A DNA stretch of 64,000 nt from an uncultured Gemmatimonadaceae bacterium (GCA_964638035.1 CAZWXD010000006.1:274-64273); one strand, 5' to 3'; positions 36,682 to 47,599 are shown, counted from the stretch's first letter. Notes: a model not told the origin generated them from the sequence alone. Numbers and translations: made by a program.

Positions 36682-39162
36682 ATGTCCACGCGCACGCGGC
36701 GCCTGCTCGTGGCGGCGGCCGTCGTCGTGGCGTGCCTCTTTGCCGGGCGCTGGACCGTCATCGCCCTCGCCGACCGCTGGTGGGGCCAGCACCTCTCCGT
36801 GCCCGCTGGCAACCTCCTCACCTGGATCGCCGCCCTCCGCGGCGGGCTCGACCTGGCGGGGTTCCTGGTGGCCGCAGCGTGGGCCGTCGGGAACCTGCTC
36901 GTGGTGTACCTCGCCATTGCCTCCGTCGAGGTGTCCCGGCAGATCGCCAACCTCGAGGTGCGCGAGGCCCTGCCCCCACGCACCCTCCGCGTGCTGTTCG
37001 TGCTGGGTGGCCTGGTGCTTGGCCTGGTGCTTGGTGCGGATGCCGGCCGGCACTGGCCGGTGGTGGCGCTCGCGTGGCAGGGCGCGCCGTTCGGGGTGGC
37101 CGAGCCCGTGCTCGGGCACGATGCCGGCCTCTACGTGGTGCAGCTGCCGCTCTGGGACCTCCTTCGCCGCGAGTTGCTCACGCTCGTCACCGTGACGCTT
37201 GTCGTGGTCGCGGGGGTGTACCTCGCCATCGGTGCGATCCGCCGCATGGATGGACGGGCCGCGATCAACGACCATGCGCGCCGCCACCTGGGCTGGCTGC
37301 TCGCCACGGCGGCCTCGCTCCTCGCCCTTGGCTTCCTCCTCGAGCCATTCCTGGTGGTGGCCGGTGCGCGGGGCGCGGCCCGTGCCGGGGCGTTCCGGCT
37401 CGCCGAGGTGACCTCGCCGCTGCTCACCGGGGTGGCCGTCATGGTGGCCCTGGCATCCCTGGCCTGGGCACACTGGGCCAAGCACTTCTTCCTGGCAGCG
37501 GGCTGGATGGTCCTTGGCGCAGCGGTGCTGGCACGCCTGGTGGGCGGCACGCTCACCGACGGGCCTGGCACGCGCCTCGTGGACGCGGCAACGCACGCCC
37601 AGTTCGATGTCGTGGCGTATGGCCTGGCGGTGGCGCGGGACACGACCGTCCCGGTGGGGCGCCATGTTGGCGCTCAGCCGCCGCTGCTCTCCCACTGGGA
37701 CCTTGGCGGCGTGCGCCGGATTGTTGCCGCGTCGGGGCAGGTTCCCACGGCGGCGGGGCCGATCTGGATGCCGGTGGGGGACAGCGTGCGCCCCGCGTGG
37801 CTGGTGGGGCTGGCGGACTCGACGGGCGCCGGCTCGGTTGTCGTCCTGGCTGACGACCGGGCGTCCGGCACGGGTGCGCCACTCTACTACGCGCACGGCG
37901 ACACCGCAGCGGCGCCGGTCGCGAGTGCCTGGGCGCTCCTTCCGCCCACGGCCTTCGGGCCGGCCGCGCCGCCCGTCACGCTCGCGGAGGATGGTCCCGG
38001 CGTGGCGCTCCGCTCGCGCTGGCAGCGGCTCGTGCTCGGGTGGGCCCTGCAGGAGTGGCCCCTGCTCGCCGGAGCGGGCGACCACGCCCATGTGTCGTGG
38101 ATCCGCCGACCGGCCGAGCGCCTCGCCAAGCTTGCCCCCTGGGCGCACTGGTCGCGTCCCTACCTCCGGCTCGATGGTGGCCGCGTGGTGTGGCTGGTGG
38201 ATGGCGTCATCACCGCTCCGTTGTTCCCACTCTCCACGCGCGCGGTGCTCGCCGGCACCGAGGTGGGGATGGCGAGGGCGGCGTTCCTCGGCGTGGTGGA
38301 TGCCGAATCCGGGTCGGTGCGCGTGTTTGCCCGGCCGGAAGGCGGCCCGGTGGCGGACGCCTGGACCAGCATGTCACGCGGCGTCGTGGAGCCATGGTCG
38401 GCCCTGCCGGCCAGCTGGCGCGCCGTGGCGGACTACCCCCGCGAGGTGTTCGGGGTGCAGGCTCAGGTGCTCCAGGCGGCCTCGGTTGGGCGCCTGGGCG
38501 CTGCCGCCGACAGCGCGTGGCCGCCGGCGACCACCGGTGATTTTTACTGGGACGCCGGTTCGGTCGCGCCGGTGCGGGTTGCGCCCTTCGTGGCCGGCGA
38601 CCCCGCGCAGCTGACCCTGCTGCTCCTGGGCCGCGTCGATGATGGCCGCCTCACCCTCCTGCGTGTCGCCCTCGACTCCGTGGCCGGGCGGGAGAGTCCA
38701 CGCGCCCTGCAACGGCACTGGGATCGGTTCGCCACCTTTGCGCAGGTCCTCGATAGTGTGCGGGCCGGCGGGGGAACTCTCCAGGCCAGCCCCGTACGCT
38801 ATGCCCTGACACCCGCCGGCCTCGTCGCGAGCCAGGTGCAGTATGGCCCGCGGGGTGGGGGCGGTGCCTCGATCACCTGGGTGAGCGTCGCGGGCGGCGG
38901 ACGCCTGGGCGCTGGGCGAAGCGTCCGCGAGGCGTGGGCCAACCTGCAGGGCAGCTCCGTGCCGTCGCCCGCAGGCGCCGCACCCGATGGTGTGCTGGCG
39001 GAGGCGCGCCGCTGGTTCCACATTGCCGATTCCACCTTCCGCCGCGGTGACTTCACGGCGTTCGGAAGGGCATTCGAGGCGCTGCGTACCGTCCTGGACC
39101 TCCCTGCGGCAAGCCCCACGCCGGGCGGGGTGGCTGGCGCCGCGCGCGACTCCCTTCAGTGA
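36682..39162 (+). CDS. UPF0182-like integral membrane protein (about seven N-terminal TM helices plus a ~520 aa soluble domain)
   Basis: Architecture and N-terminal pattern (RWTVIALADRWWGQHL) and C-terminal FRRGDFTAFGRAFEALRTVL resemble UPF0182 proteins as I recall them. No HMM was run. Confidence 0.6.
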   Translation: MSTRTRRLLVAAAVVVACLFAGRWTVIALADRWWGQHLSVPAGNLLTWIAALRGGLDLAGFLVAAAWAVGNLLVVYLAIASVEVSRQIANLEVREALPPRTLRVLFVLGGLVLGLVLGADAGRHWPVVALAWQGAPFGVAEPVLGHDAGLYVVQLPLWDLLRRELLTLVTVTLVVVAGVYLAIGAIRRMDGRAAINDHARRHLGWLLATAASLLALGFLLEPFLVVAGARGAARAGAFRLAEVTSPLLTGVAVMVALASLAWAHWAKHFFLAAGWMVLGAAVLARLVGGTLTDGPGTRLVDAATHAQFDVVAYGLAVARDTTVPVGRHVGAQPPLLSHWDLGGVRRIVAASGQVPTAAGPIWMPVGDSVRPAWLVGLADSTGAGSVVVLADDRASGTGAPLYYAHGDTAAAPVASAWALLPPTAFGPAAPPVTLAEDGPGVALRSRWQRLVLGWALQEWPLLAGAGDHAHVSWIRRPAERLAKLAPWAHWSRPYLRLDGGRVVWLVDGVITAPLFPLSTRAVLAGTEVGMARAAFLGVVDAESGSVRVFARPEGGPVADAWTSMSRGVVEPWSALPASWRAVADYPREVFGVQAQVLQAASVGRLGAAADSAWPPATTGDFYWDAGSVAPVRVAPFVAGDPAQLTLLLLGRVDDGRLTLLRVALDSVAGRESPRALQRHWDRFATFAQVLDSVRAGGGTLQASPVRYALTPAGLVASQVQYGPRGGGGASITWVSVAGGGRLGAGRSVREAWANLQGSSVPSPAGAAPDGVLAEARRWFHIADSTFRRGDFTAFGRAFEALRTVLDLPAASPTPGGVAGAARDSLQ

Positions 39163-39232
39163 CGTAAGTGCTTGCCCCGTCGCGTGGTGGCGGCTACCTT
39201 GGGGCTCGTTTTGCCCGGGCTGAGGAGACCCT

Positions 39233-40372
39233 GTGAACATCCATGAATACCAGGCGCGGCTGCTGCTCAAGGCCGGCGGTGTGCCCATGCTGGATGGCGA
39301 CGTCGCGTCCACACCACCCGTGGCGGAGGCCATCGCACGCCGCATCGGCGGGCCCGTTGTGGTGAAGGCGCAGGTCCACGTCGGCGGGCGCGGAAAGGCC
39401 GGCGGGGTGAAGCTCGCCAGGACACCGGCCGATGCCGCCGACGCCGCCGAGCGGATCCTGGGGATGCAGATCAAGGGGCTCACCGTGCACAAGGTGCTCG
39501 TGGTCCCGGCGGCCGACATCGCCACCGAGGCCTATGTCGGCCTCATCGTGGACCGCGAAACCCAGCGCCCTGTCTTCATGGTGAGCCCGGCAGGCGGCAT
39601 CGACATCGAGGAGGTGGCGGCGAAGACGCCGGAGAAGCTGCGCAAGCTCCCGGTGGATCCCACCTACGGCCTGCTGCCGCACCAGGCGCTGGGCCTGGCC
39701 TTCTTCCTCTACGATGACTTCGCCAAGGTGCGGGCGGCCGCGAAGATCATGGAGCAGCTCTACCAGGCCTTCGTGGCCAACGGGTGCTCGCTTGCGGAGA
39801 TCAACCCGCTCATCACCACGCCCGATGGCAGGGTCCTGGCGCTCGATGCCAAGATGGTGATCGATGACAACGAGCTGTCGTGGCGGCCCGACCTCGAGGA
39901 GCTGCGCGACGAATCCGACGAGCCGGCCGCCGAGGGCATGGCGCGGCGTGCCAACCTCTCGTTCATCAAGCTCGACGGCAACGTCGGCTGCGTGGTGAAT
40001 GGCGCGGGGCTCGCCATGGCCACGATGGACCTGGTGAAGTACTACGGCGGCGAGCCGGCGAACTTCCTGGACATCGGCGGCAGTTCCAACCCCGAGAAGG
40101 TCATCAACGCCCTCAAGATCATCACCGCCGACCCGGCGGTGAAGGCCATCCTCTTCAACATCTTCGGCGGCATCACCCGGACCGACGACGTGGCCAACGG
40201 CATCAAGGCCGCGCTGGAGCAGTTCCCGGTGAAGGTGCCGATCGTCGTGCGGCTCACCGGCACCAACGAGGCCGAGGCCTTCCGCATCCTCCAGGGGATC
40301 GGCATGACGGCGTTGAGCGAGATGGACGAGGCGGTGCAGCGCGTGGTGAAGGCCGCGAAGGAGGCCGCATGA
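39233..40372 (+). CDS. sucC: Succinyl-CoA synthetase beta subunit
   Basis: [12 protein letters not shown]-terminus (GTG start), [32 protein letters not shown]. Confidence 0.96.
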   Translation: MNIHEYQARLLLKAGGVPMLDGDVASTPPVAEAIARRIGGPVVVKAQVHVGGRGKAGGVKLARTPADAADAAERILGMQIKGLTVHKVLVVPAADIATEAYVGLIVDRETQRPVFMVSPAGGIDIEEVAAKTPEKLRKLPVDPTYGLLPHQALGLAFFLYDDFAKVRAAAKIMEQLYQAFVANGCSLAEINPLITTPDGRVLALDAKMVIDDNELSWRPDLEELRDESDEPAAEGMARRANLSFIKLDGNVGCVVNGAGLAMATMDLVKYYGGEPANFLDIGGSSNPEKVINALKIITADPAVKAILFNIFGGITRTDDVANGIKAALEQFPVKVPIVVRLTGTNEAEAFRILQGIGMTALSEMDEAVQRVVKAAKEAA

Positions 40373-41241
40373 GCGTCTTCGTCAACAAGGCCACGCGCCT
40401 CCTGGTGCAGGGCATCACCGGTCGCGAGGGATCGTTCCACGCGAAGCAGATGCTGGACTACGGCACCCAGGTGGTGGCAGGGGTGACGCCAGGGAAGGGG
40501 GGCCAGCGGTTCGAGGGCAAGGTCCCGGTCTTCAACACCGTGGCCGAGGCCGTGGCGGCGACGCAGGCCGACTGCAGCGTGATCTACGTGCCTCCCATGG
40601 CGGCGGCAGCGGCGATCATGGAGGCGGCGGACGCCGGCATCGCGCTCATCGTGTGCATCACCGAGGGCATTCCGGTGCTGCACGTGGCCCGGGCACTCCC
40701 CTATGTGCGCTCGCGAGGTGCACGGCTGGTCGGCCCCAACTGCCCGGGGCTCATCACCCCGGGTGAGGCCAAGGTGGGCATCATCCCGGGCAACATCTGC
40801 ACGCCAGGCCGCGTGGGCATCGTGTCCCGCAGCGGCACGCTGACCTACGAGATCGTGCACCACCTGACGCGCGCCGGGATCGGCCAGAGTACGTGCGTCG
40901 GCATCGGGGGCGACCCGCTGATCGGGACCAACTTCATCGATGTGCTGCGGGCGTTCCAGGACGACCCAGGCACTGACGCGATCGTGATGATGGGGGAGAT
41001 CGGCGGCACCGACGAGCAGCAGGCCGCCGCCTTCATCACCGCGCACGTCACCAAGCCGGTGGTCGGGTTCATCGCGGGCCAGACTGCGCCGAAGGGGCGC
41101 CGCATGGGGCACGCCGGGGCCATTATCTCCGGGTCGTCGGGCACCGCCGAGGAAAAGATCGCGGCGTTCGAGGCCGCCGGCATGGGCGTCATGCGGCGTC
41201 CGGTGGACGTGGTCGAGCTGGTGAAGGCCCGGCTCAAGTAG
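40369..41241 (+). CDS. sucD: Succinyl-CoA synthetase alpha subunit
   Basis: [21 protein letters not shown], phospho-His loop [14 protein letters not shown] overlap with sucC. Confidence 0.96.
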   Translation: MSVFVNKATRLLVQGITGREGSFHAKQMLDYGTQVVAGVTPGKGGQRFEGKVPVFNTVAEAVAATQADCSVIYVPPMAAAAAIMEAADAGIALIVCITEGIPVLHVARALPYVRSRGARLVGPNCPGLITPGEAKVGIIPGNICTPGRVGIVSRSGTLTYEIVHHLTRAGIGQSTCVGIGGDPLIGTNFIDVLRAFQDDPGTDAIVMMGEIGGTDEQQAAAFITAHVTKPVVGFIAGQTAPKGRRMGHAGAIISGSSGTAEEKIAAFEAAGMGVMRRPVDVVELVKARLK

Positions 41242-41276
41242 GCCCCCGGGCGGCACGCACCTATCTGTGAGGGAAC

Positions 41277-41711
41277 ATGGCAGGCAACCGGACACTCGCA
41301 ATCATCAAGCCCGACGCCATCGCCAGCGGCAAGGCGGGGCTCATCCTGGCCCACCTGCAGCGGGAAGGGTTCGTCCTCCGGGCGGCACGGCTGGTGCGCC
41401 TGACCGCGGCGCAGGCGGGCGCCTTCTATGAGGTCCACCGGGAACGCCCGTTCTATGGCGAGCTGGTGGAGTTCATGACCAGCGGCCCGTGCATGCCGCT
41501 GTCCCTGGAGCGGGCCGAAGCCGTGGCCACCCTGCGCACCGTGATCGGGGCGACCGACCCGAAGGAAGCGGCGGCGGGGACCATCCGGAAGCTCTATGCC
41601 GAGTCCAAGGGCCGGAATGCCATCCACGCGTCCGATTCCGACGAGAATGGCGCCCGGGAGACGGCGTTCTTCTTCCCCGAATCCGAGCTGGCCGGGCTCT
41701 GGGGACGTTGA
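41277..41711 (+). CDS. ndk: Nucleoside diphosphate kinase
   Basis: RTLAIIKPDAI, active-site region NAIHASDS. Confidence 0.95.
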   Translation: MAGNRTLAIIKPDAIASGKAGLILAHLQREGFVLRAARLVRLTAAQAGAFYEVHRERPFYGELVEFMTSGPCMPLSLERAEAVATLRTVIGATDPKEAAAGTIRKLYAESKGRNAIHASDSDENGARETAFFFPESELAGLWGR

Positions 41712-41744
41712 ATCAAGTCGTTGTCTGACATAGATTACGGGGCT

Positions 41745-42212
41745 ATGCTCCGGATCGACCTCAGGGACCTGGCCAGGGGTCCGGCCGCGACTGATGCCGA
41801 CCTCCTGCCCGACGACCCCGCCATTGCGGACCTGGGGCTCACGTTCGAGGGACCCCTCGCCGTGCGGGGACGGTTGCAGGCGACGGGGCCCCACGAGTAC
41901 TACTGGCGGGGCCACGTGTCCGGGCGGGCGGTGGGGCAGTGCCGTCGGTGCCTGGCCCTGGTGCACCTGCCGGTCGAGGCCGCGGTCGACCTGATGTTCA
42001 GCGGTGACCCGGACGCGGAGGATGACCCTGCCGTGCACCCGCTGCCACCGCGGGCGACGCACATCGAGCTGGCGCCGGCGGTGCGGGAGGAAGTGGCGCT
42101 CGCAGTACCCGAGTATCCTCTCTGCCGGGAGGACTGTGCAGGGTTGTGTCCGCGCTGCGGTGCGGACCTGAATGCGGGACGGTGCGGCTGCACCGGGCCC
42201 GATAACGCGTAA
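41745..42212 (+). CDS. yceD: YceD/DUF177 family protein
   Basis: Conserved position directly upstream of rpmF. C-terminal CxxC...CxxC (CREDCAGLCPRCGADLN). ATG 41745 preferred over TTG 41721. Confidence 0.8.
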   Translation: MLRIDLRDLARGPAATDADLLPDDPAIADLGLTFEGPLAVRGRLQATGPHEYYWRGHVSGRAVGQCRRCLALVHLPVEAAVDLMFSGDPDAEDDPAVHPLPPRATHIELAPAVREEVALAVPEYPLCREDCAGLCPRCGADLNAGRCGCTGPDNA

Positions 42213-42221
42213 GGGGACGGC

Positions 42222-42404
42222 ATGGCAGTACCGAAGCGCAGGACCTCCAAGTCGAAGAAGCGCCTCCGCCGGGGCCATCACACCGGCGCTGGCATGCGGA
42301 CGCAGGCGTGTCCGCGCTGTGGCTCGCCCCGGTTGCCGCACCGCGTCTGCGGATCGTGCGGCTACTACGCCGGCAAGAAGCGGATCGAAGTCGAGGACAC
42401 CTGA
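42222..42404 (+). CDS. rpmF: 50S ribosomal protein L32
   Basis: MAVPKRRTSKSKKRLRR N-terminus and CPRCG...CGSCG zinc ribbon. 60 aa. Confidence 0.96.
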   Translation: MAVPKRRTSKSKKRLRRGHHTGAGMRTQACPRCGSPRLPHRVCGSCGYYAGKKRIEVEDT

Positions 42405-42406
42405 GG

Positions 42407-43417
42407 GTGATCCGCGTCGCGCTGGACGCGATGGGCGGAGACAACGCACCCGAGGCCGAGGTCGCCGGTGCCCTGGCGGCCCTCGGTTCCCTGCCGGGCT
42501 CGTTCGTGGTGCAACTCGTGGGACGCACCGAGACCATCGAGGCGGAACTGGCGCGCCATCCCGGCGCGGACCGGAGTCGCCTCGAAGTCATTGAGGCGCC
42601 CGAGGTGGTGGGCATGGCGGAGAAGCCCATCACCGCCATCCGCAAGAAGCCCCGGTCGAGCCTCATGCTCGGCCTCGGCCTCCAGCCGGCCGGCCAGTCT
42701 GACGCCTTCATCTCGGCGGGCAACACCGGCGCCTGCCTCGCGGCGGCCACGGTCGTGCTCGGGCTGCACGAGGGCGTGATGCGCGCCACCGTGGCCACGC
42801 CCTTTCCGACGGCCGATGAGCCGGTCGTGGTGCTCGACGGCGGTGCCAACGTCGACTGCGACGTCCGGGAACTGGTGGGGTTCGCCTACCTGGGCACGGT
42901 GTACGCCCGTGACGTCCTGGGGAAGGCCGAGCCCAAGGTGGGCCTCCTCAACGTGGGCGAGGAAGAGGAGAAGGGCACCGCCATCGTGAAGGCCGCGCAC
43001 ACCGCCTTGAAGGCGGCGCCCGGGTTGCACTACATCGGCAACGTCGAGGGCCGCGACCTCGTCGCCGGCCACGCGAAGCACGGCCACATCGACGTCGTGG
43101 TGTGTGACGGCTTCGTCGGCAACATCGTGCTCAAGTTCTACGAGTCGGTGGCCCGGCTCATCGTGCGGCTGGTGAAGCGGAACGCGCCCGAGATCCTGGA
43201 GCGCGCCGATGTGCGCGAGGTCTTCCGGGTGCTCGACTACTCCGAGTACGGCGGGGCCCCGCTGCTCGGCGTGAGGGGCATCTGCATCCTCTGCCACGGC
43301 GCCTCGTCGCCCAACGCCATCAAGAATGCCATCCGGGTGGCCGTGCACTCGGCCGAGGTGGGCCTGAGCCAGCACATCGGCGCGCAGTTCGCCGCGCTGG
43401 AGAAGGGCACCGGCTGA
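42407..43417 (+). CDS. plsX: Phosphate acyltransferase PlsX
   Basis: IRVALDAMGGDNAP N-terminus (GTG 42407), GNTGA, VVVCDGFVGNIVLK. Confidence 0.94.
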   Translation: MIRVALDAMGGDNAPEAEVAGALAALGSLPGSFVVQLVGRTETIEAELARHPGADRSRLEVIEAPEVVGMAEKPITAIRKKPRSSLMLGLGLQPAGQSDAFISAGNTGACLAAATVVLGLHEGVMRATVATPFPTADEPVVVLDGGANVDCDVRELVGFAYLGTVYARDVLGKAEPKVGLLNVGEEEEKGTAIVKAAHTALKAAPGLHYIGNVEGRDLVAGHAKHGHIDVVVCDGFVGNIVLKFYESVARLIVRLVKRNAPEILERADVREVFRVLDYSEYGGAPLLGVRGICILCHGASSPNAIKNAIRVAVHSAEVGLSQHIGAQFAALEKGTG

Positions 43418-44409
43418 TGTCCCGCACCCCCGTGGCGGCGTTCGCCGGCATCGGCGTGAAGGTCCCCGACCAGGTGGTCACCAATGACGACCTGAGCCGG
43501 ACCCTCGACACCTCCGACGCCTGGATCCAGGAGCGCACCGGCATCCGCGAGCGGCGCGTGGCGCGGGCCGACGAGTCCCTCACCGGCCTGTGCGTGGCTG
43601 CGAGCCAGTCCGCCATGGCCCGGGCGGGCATTGGCCCCGGTGACCTCGATGCCATCGTCGTTGCCACCGTGACGCCGGATCGCCGCATGCCGTCCGAGGC
43701 GTGCGACCTCCAGGCGGCCCTTGGTGCCACGCACGCGGCCGCCTTCGACATCGCGGCCGCGTGTCCGGGCTTCGTCTACGCCACCGGCATCGCAGAGGGG
43801 CTCATCGCCACCGGGAACCACGAGCACGTGCTCATCCTGGGCGCCGAGCGGCTCTCGACCATCACCGACTGGCAGGACCGCTCGACCGCCGTGCTGTTCG
43901 GGGACGGGGCGGGGGCCGCGATCGTGCGCCGCGCCGACGGGAGCGGGCGCGGGATCCTCTCCACCTACCTGGGCGCGGATGGCCGGCTCGCCGAGTTGCT
44001 GCACATTCCCCTGGGTGGCGGCATGAACCCGCTCACGGCCGGGAACGTCGACGAGCGCGGCCAGTACATGAAGATGGCCGGGCGTGAAGTGTTCAAGGCG
44101 GCCGTGCGCGCAATGGCCGACGCCTGTGACCATGCCCTGGAGCGGGCGGGGGTCAGTGCCGACGACATCGACCTGCTGGTGCCGCACCAGGCGAACCTCC
44201 GCATCATCGATGCGACTTCGCGGCACGCCGGCATCCCGATGGAGAAGGTCATGGTCAACGTGGACCGGTACGGCAACACGTCGGCCGCGTCCATCCCGCT
44301 GGCACTGGCACAGGCCGAGGAGGAAGGGCGCCTCGTGCCCGGCACGCTGGCGCTCCTCGTGGCGTTCGGTGCCGGGTTCACCTGGGGCGCGTCGGTGGTG
44401 CGGTGGTAA
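43417..44409 (+). CDS. fabH: 3-oxoacyl-ACP synthase III
   Basis: TSDAWIQERTGIRER, active-site AAACPGF, HQANLRI, GNTSAASIP. Confidence 0.95.
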   Translation: MSRTPVAAFAGIGVKVPDQVVTNDDLSRTLDTSDAWIQERTGIRERRVARADESLTGLCVAASQSAMARAGIGPGDLDAIVVATVTPDRRMPSEACDLQAALGATHAAAFDIAAACPGFVYATGIAEGLIATGNHEHVLILGAERLSTITDWQDRSTAVLFGDGAGAAIVRRADGSGRGILSTYLGADGRLAELLHIPLGGGMNPLTAGNVDERGQYMKMAGREVFKAAVRAMADACDHALERAGVSADDIDLLVPHQANLRIIDATSRHAGIPMEKVMVNVDRYGNTSAASIPLALAQAEEEGRLVPGTLALLVAFGAGFTWGASVVRW

Positions 44410-45329
44410 GCGTCGTCCTCTGTGCGGGCCAGGGGTCGCAGAAAGTGGGCATGGGCAGGGACCTCGCCGAGCGGTTCCCGGCGGCGCGTGATACCTTCGC
44501 GGCCATCGACGACGCGCTGGGATTTGCCCTCTCGCGGCTCATGTGGGAGGGCCCCGAGGCGGAGTTGACGCTCACCCACAACGCGCAGCCGGCGATCCTG
44601 GCGCACACCTGTGCCGTGCTGGCCGTGGTGGGGAGCAAGCTGGGGACGCCAGCCGCTGCGGCCGGCCACAGCCTGGGCGAGTACAGCGCCTGGGTCGTGG
44701 CGGGCGCCCTCACGCCCACCGACGCGGCCTGCCTGGTGAGGCTCCGGGGTGAGGCGATGCTGGCCGCCGGGCAGGCACGCCCCGGCAGCATGGCCGCCGT
44801 CATCGGGCTCAGCGCCGCCGAGGTCACGGCAGCGTGCAATCGCTCGACGGATGCGAGCGGGGTGGTGGTGCCAGCCAACCTGAATGCGCCCGACCAGACC
44901 GTGATCTCGGGCGACAGTGCCGCCGTCACCCGGGCTGGCGACGCCTGCAAGGCGGCGGGCGCGCGGCGCGTGCTCCCGCTCAAGGTCAGCGGGGCCTTCC
45001 ACTCGCCGCTGATGCAGCCGGCCGTGGAGCAGCTCCGCCTGGCACTCGAGGGGATGCGGTTCAGCCCATCGCGCTGCCCGGTCATCGCGAACGCCACGGC
45101 GCTGCCGGTGCGACGGGCCGACGACGCCAGGCGCCTCCTGGCGGAGCAGGTGGTCAGCCCCGTGCGTTGGGTCGAGGGCATGCAGACCTGCGCCGCCGAC
45201 CACCCCCGCGCGCGGTACTTCGAGCTGGGTCCGGGCCAGGTGCTCGGCGGCCTCCTGCGGCGCATCGTGCCGGGCAAGGAGTGCACCAGCCTTGGCACCG
45301 CCGCAGACGTGGAGGCGTTCCTCACATGA
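44403..45329 (+). CDS. fabD: Malonyl CoA-ACP transacylase
   Basis: GQGSQKVGMG, active-site GHSLGEYSA, VSGAFHSPLM. Confidence 0.95.
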   Translation: MVSVVLCAGQGSQKVGMGRDLAERFPAARDTFAAIDDALGFALSRLMWEGPEAELTLTHNAQPAILAHTCAVLAVVGSKLGTPAAAAGHSLGEYSAWVVAGALTPTDAACLVRLRGEAMLAAGQARPGSMAAVIGLSAAEVTAACNRSTDASGVVVPANLNAPDQTVISGDSAAVTRAGDACKAAGARRVLPLKVSGAFHSPLMQPAVEQLRLALEGMRFSPSRCPVIANATALPVRRADDARRLLAEQVVSPVRWVEGMQTCAADHPRARYFELGPGQVLGGLLRRIVPGKECTSLGTAADVEAFLT

Positions 45330-46069
45330 GCGTGGCCATCGACCTGACCGGCAAGGTGGCATTCGTCACCGGGAGCACGCGGGGCATCGGGCGGGCCATT
45401 GCGGTCCGGTTGCACCAGGCGGGAGCCCGGGTCGCCGTGGTCGGGCGTGACGCCACGCGAGCCGGCGAGGTGGCGTCGTCGCTCGGCGCCGGCACGGTGG
45501 GCGTCGCCTGTGATGTGGCCATCGCGGCGCAGCTCGAGGCCGCCATCGAGGCGGCCGAGCAGGCGCTCGGTCCCATTGACATCCTGGTCAACAACGCCGG
45601 GCTCACCCGGGACAACCTGATGCTCCGGCTGAGCGAAGAGGACTGGGACAGTGTCCTGGCCGCCAACCTCAAGGGCGCCTTCCTGGCCATGCGCACGGTG
45701 ACCCGGGGGATGATGAAGCGGCGCTCCGGCCGTATCATCAACATCTCGAGCATCGTGGGCCTCACGGGGAACAAGGGCCAGAGCAACTACGCGGCGAGCA
45801 AGGCGGGGCTGATCGGGCTGACCAAGGCGGCGGCCAAGGAGTACGCCAGCCGGGGGATCCTGGTCAATGCGATTGCCCCGGGCTTCATCGAGACCGACAT
45901 GACCGCCAGCTTGCCGGAAGCCGCCCGAAACGTGTTATTAGGGGACATCGCGCTGGGACGGCTGGGCCGGCCGGAGGACGTCGCGGCCGCGGTGCTGTTC
46001 CTGGCATCGGACCTGGCAGCCTACATCACGGGGCAGGTGCTCGTGGTCGACGGCGGCATGGTCATCTGA
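45326..46069 (+). CDS. fabG: 3-oxoacyl-ACP reductase
   Basis: [17 protein letters not shown], catalytic YAASKAG. ATGA overlap with fabD. Confidence 0.93.
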   Translation: MSVAIDLTGKVAFVTGSTRGIGRAIAVRLHQAGARVAVVGRDATRAGEVASSLGAGTVGVACDVAIAAQLEAAIEAAEQALGPIDILVNNAGLTRDNLMLRLSEEDWDSVLAANLKGAFLAMRTVTRGMMKRRSGRIINISSIVGLTGNKGQSNYAASKAGLIGLTKAAAKEYASRGILVNAIAPGFIETDMTASLPEAARNVLLGDIALGRLGRPEDVAAAVLFLASDLAAYITGQVLVVDGGMVI

Positions 46070-46110
46070 GTGCAGCGCACGCAACACCATCATCCTTCAT
46101 CGAGGGCCAC

Positions 46111-46359
46111 ATGGCGGACCTGAGCAACGTTGAGGAGAAGGTCAAGGACATCATCGTCGAGGAGCTCGGGGTGGAGCGGGAGAAGCTCACGGCCGAGGCC
46201 AGCTTCATGGAGGACCTTGGCGCGGACAGCCTCGACACGGTCGAGCTGGTGATGGCGTTCGAGAAGGAGTTCGACATCGACATTCCGGACGAGGATGCCG
46301 AGAAGCTGCGGACCGTCGGGGAGGCGATGAAGTACCTGCACGAGAAGATCGGGAAGTAG
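46111..46359 (+). CDS. acpP: Acyl carrier protein
   Basis: Phosphopantetheine site [16 protein letters not shown]. 82 aa. Confidence 0.96.
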   Translation: MADLSNVEEKVKDIIVEELGVEREKLTAEASFMEDLGADSLDTVELVMAFEKEFDIDIPDEDAEKLRTVGEAMKYLHEKIGK

Positions 46360-46360
46360 C

Positions 46361-47599
46361 TTGGCCCGCCGCGTCGTCGTGACGGGCCTCGGGCTCGTCA
46401 CGCCCCTCGGCAACACCGTCGAGGACACCTGGTCGTCGCTCCTGGCGGGCCAGTCGGGGGCGGGGCCGATCACGCGCTTCGACCCGGCGCGGTTTTCCGT
46501 GCGCTTCGCGTGCGAGGTCAAGGGCTTCGACCCCCTCCTCTACATCGACCGCAAGGAAGCCAAGCGGTTCGACATCTTCGCCCAGTACGCCCTGGCGGCC
46601 GCGCACCAGGCGGTGACCCAGGCGGGGCTCGAGGGTGGCGCACCCGACCCCAACCGGACCGGCGTGGTGTTCGGGAGCGGCATCGGCGGGATGCAGACCT
46701 ACGAGGACAACTGCCGCGCGTTCATCGAGAAGGGTCCCGACCGTGTGTCACCCTTCTTCGTGCCCATGTTCATCCCCAACATGGCCGCGGGCCTCGTCTC
46801 GATGCGCTACGGCTTCAAGGGGCCCAACTATGCCCCCGTGTCCGCCTGTGCGTCATCCGCCCATGCCATCGGCGAGTCGTACCGCATGATCCGGGACGGC
46901 GTGGCCGATGCCATGCTCACCGGGGGCTCGGAGGGCTGCGTGACCGGGCTGACCGTGGCCGCCTTCAGCAACATGAAGGCAATGTCCACCCGCAATGACG
47001 ACCCGAAGGCGGCCAGCCGGCCTTTTGACAGGGACCGCGACGGGTTCGTGCTGGGCGACGGCGGCGCGGCCCTGGTGATCGAGTCGCTCGAGCACGCGGA
47101 GCGGCGGGGGGCGGCCATCCTGGGCGAGGTGTGCGGCTATGGCCTCTCCGGCGATGCCTACCACATGTCGGCCCCGGCCCCGGAAGGTGAAGGCGCCCAG
47201 CGCGCCATGCGCATGTGCCTGGACGACGGCAGGATCGATCCGTCCGAGGTGGGCTACATCAACGCGCACGGCACCTCCACGCCGCTGGGCGACATCGCCG
47301 AGACCCAGGCGGTCAAGGCGGTCTTTGGCGAGCACGCCCGCAAGCTGGTGTTCGGCTCCACCAAGAGCATGACCGGTCACCTGCTTGGTGGCGCCGGTGC
47401 ACTCGAGGCCGTGATTTCGCTCCTGGCCGTGACCCGGGGCGAGATTCCCCCGACCATCAACCAGGTCACGCCAGACCCGGAATGCGACCTCGACTCCGCT
47501 CCCAACCGGATGGTGAAGCGCGACGTCACCGTGGCCATGTCCAACGCCTTCGGGTTCGGCGGGCACAACGCGTCGCTGGCGCTGAGGAAGTTCGCCTAG
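46361..47599 (+). CDS. fabF: 3-oxoacyl-ACP synthase II
   Basis: RVVVTGLG, active-site SACASSAH, NAHGTSTPLGD, GHLLGGAG. TTG start 1 nt after the acpP stop. Confidence 0.95.
   Translation: MARRVVVTGLGLVTPLGNTVEDTWSSLLAGQSGAGPITRFDPARFSVRFACEVKGFDPLLYIDRKEAKRFDIFAQYALAAAHQAVTQAGLEGGAPDPNRTGVVFGSGIGGMQTYEDNCRAFIEKGPDRVSPFFVPMFIPNMAAGLVSMRYGFKGPNYAPVSACASSAHAIGESYRMIRDGVADAMLTGGSEGCVTGLTVAAFSNMKAMSTRNDDPKAASRPFDRDRDGFVLGDGGAALVIESLEHAERRGAAILGEVCGYGLSGDAYHMSAPAPEGEGAQRAMRMCLDDGRIDPSEVGYINAHGTSTPLGDIAETQAVKAVFGEHARKLVFGSTKSMTGHLLGGAGALEAVISLLAVTRGEIPPTINQVTPDPECDLDSAPNRMVKRDVTVAMSNAFGFGGHNASLALRKFA

Noticed and set aside
35089-38148. 1019-aa reverse-strand ORF over the phosphomannomutase and UPF0182-like genes
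   Set aside because: It has the same GC-driven artefact signature. The forward-strand genes carry clear active-site motifs (TGSHNPPEFNGFKM) and TM architecture.
39172-39200. TTGCCC-17-TACCTT as a sucC promoter, and similar weak matches upstream of secG and mdh
   Set aside because: Each hexamer matches the consensus in only about 3-4 positions. In this GC-rich DNA, without knowing the lineage's promoter consensus, these matches cannot be told apart from chance.
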